Positions 28,705 through 36,797 of a stretch of 64,000 bases of DNA are shown piece by piece (position 1 is the first letter of the stretch; each line of letters starts with the position of its first letter). The notes under the pieces were generated by a model, which ran no database searches, was not told the origin of the DNA, and worked only from the letters and a program-made list of their open reading frames with translations. Both the position numbers and the translations under genes were made by a program. The DNA is taken from the NCBI GenBank assembly GCA_015233405.1, contig JADFXT010000004.1, positions 100,470 to 164,469 on the forward strand, written 5' to 3'. The stretch is from Candidatus Omnitrophota bacterium. GTDB lineage: Bacteria; Omnitrophota; Gorgyraeia; Zapsychrales; Zapsychraceae.

Positions 28705-30609
28705 TTAATCTTCCTTTATTGTCGTTATGCCTTTAGAATATTCTAAATTATATTTAAACACCGTTTTATCCTTATTTAATTCCCTCTCTATATCTTTTGT
28801 TAAATAACTATCTAAAGAAAATATAATAATTTGTTTTTCCGGAAGAAACTTTGGAAGGCTAGCAGCAACGTTGCTTTTAACCTCCTCGTCTAACATGCCC
28901 AAAGGATTATCTATAAAAATTGAAGCATTAAATCCCGAAATTGATGATAACGCGCCTAATAAAGCCAGCCCTAAGATTTTTCTTTCGCCGGTACTTAACG
29001 AGCCAAATATATTCACATGCTTTTTGTCTAAAACTTCAATTTCAAAAGCATCATTAATTTTTATTTGGACCAAATCATCCTTCCATCCAAGCTTTCTAAA
29101 ATTTGAGTTTGCTTCAGAAAGAATTATGTCATGTATTCGCTGAGAGACTTTTTCTTTTATTTCTTCCAGAACGCCCTTAATTTGCCTTGTCTCCTCATAA
29201 CAATTTTTTGCCTTTTTATTCCGCTCCTTAGTTTTTAATAATTTCTCGACAACATCCTCACTTATTTTCAATTGAATGTTCAAACCTTCCTTCTCCTTCT
29301 CTTTTGATCCAAGGTCTTTTTGTAAGCTTTCTATTTGACCAGTGATATCATTTATTGTTCTTTCAATATCCCCAACTCCTTCACCTAACCTTTTTAACAT
29401 CTCGCTTTTTTCTTTTAATGCTTGCTGGGTAGACTCATACGATTTTTTCTTTTCTTGATAATTCGTTTTACACTGTCGCATTTCTTGCTCGAAAATAGCT
29501 AATTTATTTTGTAACAGACCATTGAGGATATAAGAGCCTTCCATAAAAATACTTTTTTTATCTGCCTTATCTATTTTTATTAATAATGATTTCAATTCCT
29601 GATATTCTGGGCTATTTTTCTCTAAATGCCGTCCGCAGATACATCTTTTGATTTCTATAAGTTCATTTATTAATTTCGACCTAATACTCGGCGGAATTAG
29701 ACCCCTCTCCCTTTCTTGATCTAAAAGGCCACTCACATCGCAAAGTTCATCAGCCATATAAATAAGAGGACCCGATTCATAGATAAGATCATTGATCTGA
29801 TCTTTTATGTTTTCAATATTTTCAAACAAAGAGGCGCTATTCTTTTCCAAATTGTCACATTCAATTCTCAATATTCGAGCAGCCTCAACTTGTTTCTGCT
29901 GCTCCTTCATCTCTTCTCTTTGCTCTTTCAAATCTGAAATTCTTTTCTTATTTTCATTGATTGCTTTATCTAAAATCCTAATCCTGCCTTTCTTTAAATC
30001 TATTTTATCGTTATCCTTCTGTAGCTCAGGCAAATCTTTACTCGCATCCATTCGATACTCTGATTCTATTTTCTCCATATGATCAATGGTTCTATCTAAC
30101 AAATCAACCTGTGCCACACGATTAATGCCTTCTTTTATACTGTCACCATACTTAGAAACAAATATGTTCGCTATTTGCTCGCCATCAAATAAAAAGAAAT
30201 TTCGAACTTCTTTTGGTAAATAACGCCCCACATGTTCATTGGGATTTGGTAATATCCGAGGTTCCGCGGTCATTCCTCTTTTTTCAAAGACATTTAAAAT
30301 TGATCCTTTAGTGCCAACATGCAATATTCGTTGAAAAATCCAAGTTGCGATCTCATCTTTTGACCCAATCTCTATCTCAACCTCAACAATATCCCCAGGC
30401 TTGCATTCCTTATGCCAAATTGGTAGGCCTTGCAGTCCAGTCCTAAATGGCTCATCATCATATAAACACCAGTTTATTGCATTCAAAAAATTTGATTTTC
30501 CAGTCCCATTCTTTCCAACGAACAAGAATATCCTTTTATCATCAGAAAAAGAAATTTCTAAATTTCTATACTGTCTAAAATTTTTTAATAAAATCCTTTT
30601 TATTAACAT
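28705..30609 (-). CDS. DndD-like / Rad50-SMC-like coiled-coil ABC ATPase
   Basis: 634 aa. It has Walker A VGKNGTGKSNFLNAI, about 400 aa of K/E-rich coiled coil, the signature LSTGERK, and Walker B/D-loop IFIDNPLGMLDEE (the DxPLGxLD form typical of DndD). Confidence 0.75.
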   Translation of the reverse strand: MLIKRILLKNFRQYRNLEISFSDDKRIFLFVGKNGTGKSNFLNAINWCLYDDEPFRTGLQGLPIWHKECKPGDIVEVEIEIGSKDEIATWIFQRILHVGTKGSILNVFEKRGMTAEPRILPNPNEHVGRYLPKEVRNFFLFDGEQIANIFVSKYGDSIKEGINRVAQVDLLDRTIDHMEKIESEYRMDASKDLPELQKDNDKIDLKKGRIRILDKAINENKKRISDLKEQREEMKEQQKQVEAARILRIECDNLEKNSASLFENIENIKDQINDLIYESGPLIYMADELCDVSGLLDQERERGLIPPSIRSKLINELIEIKRCICGRHLEKNSPEYQELKSLLIKIDKADKKSIFMEGSYILNGLLQNKLAIFEQEMRQCKTNYQEKKKSYESTQQALKEKSEMLKRLGEGVGDIERTINDITGQIESLQKDLGSKEKEKEGLNIQLKISEDVVEKLLKTKERNKKAKNCYEETRQIKGVLEEIKEKVSQRIHDIILSEANSNFRKLGWKDDLVQIKINDAFEIEVLDKKHVNIFGSLSTGERKILGLALLGALSSISGFNASIFIDNPLGMLDEEVKSNVAASLPKFLPEKQIIIFSLDSYLTKDIERELNKDKTVFKYNLEYSKGITTIKED

Positions 30610-30632
30610 TTTATCCCCCAGGCCGTAACATA

Positions 30633-30803
30633 TTAATTGTTTTTCTCAATTATACTTTTTATCGTCTCTTTAAAACGAGGGCTTTGCTGATCAAGACATT
30701 CACGTTCATATCGAAATATATCTTCGAGCTTAGACTTTAATCCAGCGTCAAGATTAAGCTTGTTTGTTTCCTCTTTTATAATTTTATTAATTTCTTTTAT
30801 CAT
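30633..30803 (-). CDS. small hypothetical ORF (56 aa) between the PLD-helicase and the ATPase
   Basis: My own translation gives MIKEINKIIKEETNKLNLDAGLKSKLEDIFRYERECLDQQSPRFKETIKSIIEKNN. It has a strong Shine-Dalgarno (GGAGGGGTGAGGT-ATG). It falls below the 60-aa cutoff of the ORF track. Confidence 0.45.
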   Translation of the reverse strand: MIKEINKIIKEETNKLNLDAGLKSKLEDIFRYERECLDQQSPRFKETIKSIIEKNN

Positions 30804-30816
30804 ACCTCACCCCTCC

Positions 30817-32889
30817 TTATTCAAAATATACTTTAAATTGATTCATAATCTTGCTCAAGACTAATAAAACATAATCTTTATTTGTAGCAGAATCGAAGAA
30901 CTCTTTAGAACGGCGCACTTCTCTTGATATTATCTTTTGTTCAATACGAAGGATATCAGGATCTAACGCTGCGCCTTCTGCGGGAATCACAAAGAAATCA
31001 TAAATTATTGCTTTGTCTTTATGATGGTGCTTCCTTAAAACTCGACCTCTTCTTTGAATATATTGAGCAGGATTAGTACTGCTAGCCAAAATGATCGCGG
31101 TTTTTATAGACGGGATATCCACCCCCTCATCAAGACATCTTATCGCAATTAATGCCTTATAAAAGCCTTTTTCAAAAGCATCTAATATTTTCGATCTTTC
31201 ATCTTGGGTCTCTTCAAAAGTAATTTTACGTTGTAAGATATTGTGCTTATTTAATAACTGCGAAACCCATTTAATTTGCTCAGGGCTGCAATAAATAAGT
31301 AAATGATCTATTAAATTCGATTTCTTAAGATCTAAGATTATCTGCTCAAATCTTTTTTTCTTGTTTTCATTATTTACAATCAAATTAGCTCTATCAATAA
31401 GAAGTTTTCTTAAATAATTATCCCAATCGCCACCAGATCCATTCGTAGAGCATTTTGATACTTTTGAAATCTTCCTAGCCAACACAATATAATCTTCTAT
31501 TTCGTCACCCGTCATCTGCACCACCTCTGGATAATAATCATACGGGACCAAAAAATCCGGAATAGCTTCTTTAAGGCTAAAACGAAAAACGGTTCCCCCC
31601 ATATAATTTCTTAATTTATCGGAACCATCTTCATCAAACCATCTATCCGGCGTAGCGCTTAATCCAAGCCTAAATTTAAAGAAATCCCGCATACAATTCT
31701 GATTGCTGGATGAACCTAAATGATGAACCTCATCCGCTACGATCATTAAATTCTCATGATTATTAAGATACTTCTCTACTAAATCAATAAATTTGTTCTT
31801 AGAAAAGGTATCATATATAGTAAAGACTACAACCTTATCGGTGAACCTCAACAAAAAATTTTGAGCATACTCATTTAGGTCTTTTTCCCACATTCTTACC
31901 CCTGAGTGAGCCTCCATCATAAGAAATTGATCTTTAAAATGAGCAATAAATTCTTTCTTCCATTGGCTTACAAGATGAATATACGGGACCACTATTATAA
32001 GAAAAAGGCGTCCTTCTTTCTTAATTAACCGCTCTATTATCTTTAAAGATGTAAACGTTTTTCCTGTGCCTGTCGCCATTTCTAACATACCCTTACATTC
32101 GTGTGACTCCCAGGCATCAATTGCTTTCAGCTGATAAGGACGGACATCTCTTTTAGCGACTCCATCCAGATATTTCTTTCCTAAAACGCCCTCTTCAATA
32201 TTCGACGATAAATTTTCAAAATCAGCATAGTTCTTCGGCGCGATTCTAATTATTTTATTAGCAAATGCTTCAGAAATTGGATAAATTCTTGTTCTTTGAG
32301 TCTTCCCCTCCCACATTTTATTAAATTGTTCCAAATCATGCCTTAAATGCTCTTCCTCTACAAACCCTTTCCAGCTTCTAAACACATGAAACGTTTCATC
32401 ATTATAAAGCCATCCATTCGCCGTCTCATTATCAGAACCAGTAAACGACAATATATTCCCCTCTAAATCTTCTAATATTCCAATTTTTTGATGAATGATT
32501 CCCTGCGGCACAACCGCAATTCTAATGCTAAGCTTCTTTGTTTTTAACATCCACGACAGCATACTGACATGATCTTTCATCAGCTGTTCTTCCATATTTT
32601 CAATCTCTTGCAAAACCTTTTCTTCTTGTTCATATAACACCTCCTCAATCGCACGCTTGTCCTCTTCAGATAGAATAACGCTTGTAATTAAAAACATTTG
32701 CCCATCATTCTTAATAAAATTAGCTATCCCTTTGGCAGCTACAGCAAGCGAATTAGAAGAAAAAAATCCTGTAATCCTTTTGTAAATTTTTGCGGCTGAT
32801 AAGGTGGGAATATAAAACTCATTTAAAATATCATCTTGGTCTGACCAATAGGAAGGCTTTAAATTATAATCTGTTAAATTTTTATTCAT
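30817..32889 (-). CDS. PLD-family (HKD) nuclease fused to an SF2 ResIII-type helicase
   Basis: 690 aa. It has a single HKD motif IIHQKIGILEDLEGNILSFTGSDNET and the helicase motifs I MATGTGKT, II ADEVHH, III LSATP and VI QRRGRVLR. Confidence 0.8.
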   Translation of the reverse strand: MNKNLTDYNLKPSYWSDQDDILNEFYIPTLSAAKIYKRITGFFSSNSLAVAAKGIANFIKNDGQMFLITSVILSEEDKRAIEEVLYEQEEKVLQEIENMEEQLMKDHVSMLSWMLKTKKLSIRIAVVPQGIIHQKIGILEDLEGNILSFTGSDNETANGWLYNDETFHVFRSWKGFVEEEHLRHDLEQFNKMWEGKTQRTRIYPISEAFANKIIRIAPKNYADFENLSSNIEEGVLGKKYLDGVAKRDVRPYQLKAIDAWESHECKGMLEMATGTGKTFTSLKIIERLIKKEGRLFLIIVVPYIHLVSQWKKEFIAHFKDQFLMMEAHSGVRMWEKDLNEYAQNFLLRFTDKVVVFTIYDTFSKNKFIDLVEKYLNNHENLMIVADEVHHLGSSSNQNCMRDFFKFRLGLSATPDRWFDEDGSDKLRNYMGGTVFRFSLKEAIPDFLVPYDYYPEVVQMTGDEIEDYIVLARKISKVSKCSTNGSGGDWDNYLRKLLIDRANLIVNNENKKKRFEQIILDLKKSNLIDHLLIYCSPEQIKWVSQLLNKHNILQRKITFEETQDERSKILDAFEKGFYKALIAIRCLDEGVDIPSIKTAIILASSTNPAQYIQRRGRVLRKHHHKDKAIIYDFFVIPAEGAALDPDILRIEQKIISREVRRSKEFFDSATNKDYVLLVLSKIMNQFKVYFE

Positions 32890-32935
32890 AAAATATTTAT
32901 GCTTATTTCATTTATTCTTTTGTAGAAACCACTTC

Positions 32936-33709
32936 TTATCTTAACAAACTATCCTTAAAATCATTAAGATTTTCTTTTGGCGAGATCTTGCGGAAGACAA
33001 AGAGGTGTTCATGCATGATGAGAAGAAAATCTTTTTGCTGAGCATTCCAATATCTTGTGGTGGCGCAATTATGTTGAGTTTTAATGATGTCTTCTTTAAG
33101 AATAAAACCCGCCCTTAAGAACCTCTGCATTACATTAAAAGCCAACGGAACAAAATGCCTTCGTCGTCTTGTGTCGCCCATAAGAATAGCGCAATACTTG
33201 CCTGGCTTTAAAACTCTTAAACACTCTTTGGCAACCGAATCAATTTGATCGCAAAATTTGGTCAGGCTATTAATGGCCGACAAATCTCCTTCGATTTCCT
33301 TCTCGCTATATTGAATAATATTTAAGTACGGCGGATGTGTTACAACAAGATCCACTGATTCATCTTCTATTTTTTCAAGTTTTCTTGCATCCCCGATACA
33401 ACATTCTTGTTTTGACTTATTATCTGCATCAAAATTAAGCACTTCTTTACACAATTTTATGGCATTAGGATTAATATCTAACCCAATAGCGTTTCGATTT
33501 AATAATTTTGCTTCGACGAGTGTTGTGCCGCCACCCACCATAGGATCTAAAATTAGTTCGCCTTCTTGGGAATATCTAAGGATAAGATTTCTGGGAATTT
33601 GCGGCGCCCAATTGCCACGGTAGGTTGGCTTATGCGTTGCCCAATTGCCACGTTCCGGGAAGGACCAGACAGTCGTTGTTTCTAGTTTAAAATTTATTTC
33701 TTTACTCAT
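32936..33709 (-). CDS. DNA N6-adenine/N4-cytosine methyltransferase (second methylase)
   Basis: 257 aa. It has the SAM motif ILDPMVGGGTT, followed by the catalytic DLVVTHPPY. Its start overlaps the endonuclease stop by 8 nt. Confidence 0.8.
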   Translation of the reverse strand: MSKEINFKLETTTVWSFPERGNWATHKPTYRGNWAPQIPRNLILRYSQEGELILDPMVGGGTTLVEAKLLNRNAIGLDINPNAIKLCKEVLNFDADNKSKQECCIGDARKLEKIEDESVDLVVTHPPYLNIIQYSEKEIEGDLSAINSLTKFCDQIDSVAKECLRVLKPGKYCAILMGDTRRRRHFVPLAFNVMQRFLRAGFILKEDIIKTQHNCATTRYWNAQQKDFLLIMHEHLFVFRKISPKENLNDFKDSLLR

Positions 33710-34631
33710 TTCCTAAAACTATCCTTTCCAATATGCATTTTTCAACCATATCAAGGCTTAATAAATAATCATTCTGTTCGAATGTTTCTCTAAGCGGTCT
33801 TGAAGTAGTTTTCCATCCTTCTCCATCCGTTATCCAGATGAATTTATGCTTGCCTTTTAAAACATTTGCTAAATCTCGATATTCTCCCGCTGTGGCTTTT
33901 AACTTTGAGCCTCCTCCGCTATAGAAATTCACCTCAAGAATAAAAATCTCTTTTTTATTACTTATAACAAAATCATATCTTCTGGACGATTTATCTACGG
34001 GCACATTTACCTTAAATTTCTCTTTAATCTTATTCGCTGATGCTTCTTTCAAATACTCTAACCCATTTCTCTTGCATATATCTTGAATAAAGCTCTCAAC
34101 AATATCCTCCATTATAGTTCCGCCTCGATTCTTACGACCATTGCTATCCAGACCTGCCTCGACTCCAATCATATAATCAACCAGGTTCTTAATTCTTTTG
34201 CCAACCAGCAGTTCTTTTAATTTTGTTTCTTTAACAAAAGTTAAACACTTATTAATATCGTCATCCGTCAGCTTGTTCAAATCAAAGTTATAGTCTTCAT
34301 AAACTAACTTTTTGTTTTTATAATCGACCAGGATTTTAAATTTCTTTGTATTTTCCCCGTCACGAACTACCAGAGCCGGAATTATCCTTACAACTTCGGG
34401 GTGCTTCTTTAACAAACCCTTAAATTCTTCATCAAAATTATCTTTTCCAACTAAATAATTAAGGATATTAAGGCCAATCTCAATCTCTTTAACATTCTCA
34501 AAAACTTTCTCCCAATTTACAAAATAAGACCATACCAGTGTTGAGGGCTTAAGGTTATTAAGTAAATACTCAAAAACAGCATCTTTGTCCTTACAGCCAA
34601 TGATTTCTTTATAACTATTAAGATATTTCAT
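33702..34631 (-). CDS. DpnII/MboI-family GATC restriction endonuclease
   Basis: I moved the start to MKYLNSY (ATG at 34631). NLVDYMIGVEAGLDSNGRKNRGG, EVNFYSGGGSKLKATA, WITDGEGW and LRETF match my recollection of R.DpnII almost block for block. Confidence 0.85.
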   Translation of the reverse strand: MKYLNSYKEIIGCKDKDAVFEYLLNNLKPSTLVWSYFVNWEKVFENVKEIEIGLNILNYLVGKDNFDEEFKGLLKKHPEVVRIIPALVVRDGENTKKFKILVDYKNKKLVYEDYNFDLNKLTDDDINKCLTFVKETKLKELLVGKRIKNLVDYMIGVEAGLDSNGRKNRGGTIMEDIVESFIQDICKRNGLEYLKEASANKIKEKFKVNVPVDKSSRRYDFVISNKKEIFILEVNFYSGGGSKLKATAGEYRDLANVLKGKHKFIWITDGEGWKTTSRPLRETFEQNDYLLSLDMVEKCILERIVLGNE

Positions 34632-34648
34632 AGTCTTCCTTTCTAAAA

Positions 34649-35563
34649 TTAATAATTCATAACTAATATCTCTGTTACTTCCCCGCGCTTGTCTGCTTGG
34701 CAATTAATCATTCGATTAGCTTTGATCCTCTCAATATGATATCCACGATACAAATCATCAAAAAAATTATCCTTAGGATTAACATTTTTAGGATCTGAAT
34801 TACTTAACATAATGGATGCGCCTTTTTTATCAAGAATCCCGTAAATCTTTCTCAGGCGTTTTTGCTCACTATCATCAAAAATATCCTTAGAGTAACTTGT
34901 AAAACTTGCGGTCGATGACAGCGGCCTATAGGGCGGGTCAAAATAAACAAAAGATTCGCTGTTCGCATGTTCTAAACATAAAGCAAAATCTCCACAAATT
35001 ACCTCAGCTTTTTGCAAAAGATGATGCACAGCAAGAAGATTCTCCTCATTACAAATCGTTGGATTTTTATATCGCCCGAATGGAACATTAAACTCACCTG
35101 AAGAATTTACTCGATAGAGGCCATTAAAACATGTCTTATTAAGAAAAATCAAAAGCGCTGCACGATGAACAAAACTATTCGCAGCCTTTCTTCTTAAATA
35201 CGTATTAAATTCCTCTCGCTTCTGATAAAACATTTTCTCTCGCCCACTATCCGAACTTGATAAATATTCTAATTCGAACTGATCTAATTCTTTTAAAAGT
35301 TTCTTGATGTCTTTTTTGATAACTTGATAACAGAGGTTAACGGCTGGGTTGATTTCATACAAATATGCTTCCTCAAAATCATAATGCTCCGCAAGCCAAA
35401 AGAAAAGCGCTCCGCCGCCAAGAAATGGCTCAAAATATTTCTTAATCCACCCTTCTTTCAAAGAGTCTGGAAGATAATCAGCAATTTGATCAATCAACTG
35501 ACCTTTGCCGCCAGCCCACTTTAGAAACGGCTTAACTTGTCTTTCCGTAGTAATCATTTTCAC
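34649..35563 (-). CDS. Dam-family DNA adenine methyltransferase (GATC)
   Basis: 304 aa. It has the N-terminal PFLKWAGGKGQL, FEPFLGGGALFF and the catalytic YFDPPY. Confidence 0.9.
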   Translation of the reverse strand: MKMITTERQVKPFLKWAGGKGQLIDQIADYLPDSLKEGWIKKYFEPFLGGGALFFWLAEHYDFEEAYLYEINPAVNLCYQVIKKDIKKLLKELDQFELEYLSSSDSGREKMFYQKREEFNTYLRRKAANSFVHRAALLIFLNKTCFNGLYRVNSSGEFNVPFGRYKNPTICNEENLLAVHHLLQKAEVICGDFALCLEHANSESFVYFDPPYRPLSSTASFTSYSKDIFDDSEQKRLRKIYGILDKKGASIMLSNSDPKNVNPKDNFFDDLYRGYHIERIKANRMINCQADKRGEVTEILVMNY

Positions 35564-35564
35564 C

Positions 35565-36188
35565 TCAAAAATTAGGAATTGTGGTTACAACAACACCCTG
35601 CACTTGGAAATCATTTGTCAAAACAATCGGCCGATGCTGCTTGTTGCTTGATCTCGGCCTTAAAACATACGTCTCACCGCCGATAAGAAATTCTTTTATC
35701 ATCGCCTCATCATCAATCAACGCCACAACCGTGTCCCCGCTTTTCGCTGTCGTTTGCTGGCGGACTAAAACCAAATCGCCATCGTTGATCCCCTTCTGGT
35801 TCATGGAATCTCCCCGGGCCTGAATCAGAAAATACCGGTGCGGCGGCTTGGCTAATTTCACACTAACCGGGATTTGAGCCTGAATATTTTCTTCGGCAAG
35901 CATGGGCGCCCCACAAGCTACCCTGCCCACCAAAGGCACATCCACGGTTTGAGCGCGAGTTGTATCATCACCTAAACTTTTAATAAATTGCAAGTTGCCG
36001 TCCTCTTTGCGCCGTAAAACACCTTTCTTCATTAACTTATCAACAATTAAAGACGCTGAACGTGGAGATCGATAACCAAGAGAAGACATGAGTTCGCGCA
36101 TGGAAGGAATACGACCGACGTGCATGAGGGAGTTGCGAATTTCGCGGATGGCTTCTAATTCTTTATTAGTTACTGCTGCGGCTTGCAT
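35565..36188 (-). CDS. LexA-type repressor (wHTH + S24 autopeptidase)
   Basis: I moved the start to MQAAAVTNKELEAI (ATG at 36188). It has the LexA-like wHTH IPSMRELMSSLGYRSPRSASLIVDKLMKKGVL, a cleavage-site region RVACGAPMLAEE, the S24 Ser in GDSM and a Lys in MIKEF. Its stop abuts the Dam start. Confidence 0.8.
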   Translation of the reverse strand: MQAAAVTNKELEAIREIRNSLMHVGRIPSMRELMSSLGYRSPRSASLIVDKLMKKGVLRRKEDGNLQFIKSLGDDTTRAQTVDVPLVGRVACGAPMLAEENIQAQIPVSVKLAKPPHRYFLIQARGDSMNQKGINDGDLVLVRQQTTAKSGDTVVALIDDEAMIKEFLIGGETYVLRPRSSNKQHRPIVLTNDFQVQGVVVTTIPNF

Positions 36189-36205
36189 GTATACACTATT
36201 ATACA
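36188..36205. promoter_or_regulatory. candidate operator palindrome overlapping the repressor -10 element
   Basis: TGTATA-N6-TATACA is a perfect inverted repeat. On the minus strand a consensus TATAAT (36203-36198) lies 9 nt upstream of the repressor ATG. Confidence 0.45.
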
Positions 36206-36315
36206 GGGAAGATAATTTGTCAATAATATTTTTTCGTAAAAAAATTTCTGCTCTATATAACTTGCTATCTCTCAAATTGTATGGCTTATATGACACTAAC
36301 GAAAGGAGAGAACCC

Positions 36316-36789
36316 GTGGATGAAACCATTGCCGCTCAGATAGAAACGCTAAAAAATATGCCACTCTTAGATCTTCAAAACAAATATCAAGAGCTGTTCG
36401 GCACAAAAGAAACGCCTTGTGATAATAAGGTATACATTTTAAGAATGATCGCTTACAAGCTCCAAGAAATGAACTGCGGGGGCTTGTCTGATGAGGCCAA
36501 ATCTAAACTTGAGATCCTTACAACGAGATATGACCCTATTAATAATAAAGCGCTTCGCCCCCAGGTTACATCCGTCGGGAAAGAAGTTAAGGCGCTGCCG
36601 TTCTTGAGAGACAAACGCCTTCCGATTCCGGGGACTGTTATTACAAAGAAGTATAAAGGGCAGCTGATCAGGGTGAAGGTCCTTGAAAAAGGATTTGAAC
36701 ACGACAATGTTTATTATAAAAGCCTGTCTGCGCTTGCAACCAAAATCACCGGGGATCATTGGAATGGCTATAACTTTTTTTGTATCTAG
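36316..36789 (+). CDS. DUF2924 family protein (recombinase accessory)
   Basis: I moved the start to the GTG at 36316 (AAGGAGAG Shine-Dalgarno). LRMIAYKLQEMNCGGLS...LPIPGTVITKKYKGQLIRVKVLEKGFEHDNVYYKSLSALATKITGDHWNGYNFF follows the DUF2924 pattern usually found upstream of large serine recombinases. Confidence 0.7.
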   Translation: MDETIAAQIETLKNMPLLDLQNKYQELFGTKETPCDNKVYILRMIAYKLQEMNCGGLSDEAKSKLEILTTRYDPINNKALRPQVTSVGKEVKALPFLRDKRLPIPGTVITKKYKGQLIRVKVLEKGFEHDNVYYKSLSALATKITGDHWNGYNFFCI

Positions 36790-36797
36790 AAAAATAT

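Noticed and set aside
36088-36315. The 5' extension of ORF 36088..36789 (233 aa).
   Set aside because: The extension runs antisense through the LexA-like gene. The DUF2924 homology begins at the GTG at 36316, which has an AAGGAGAG Shine-Dalgarno.
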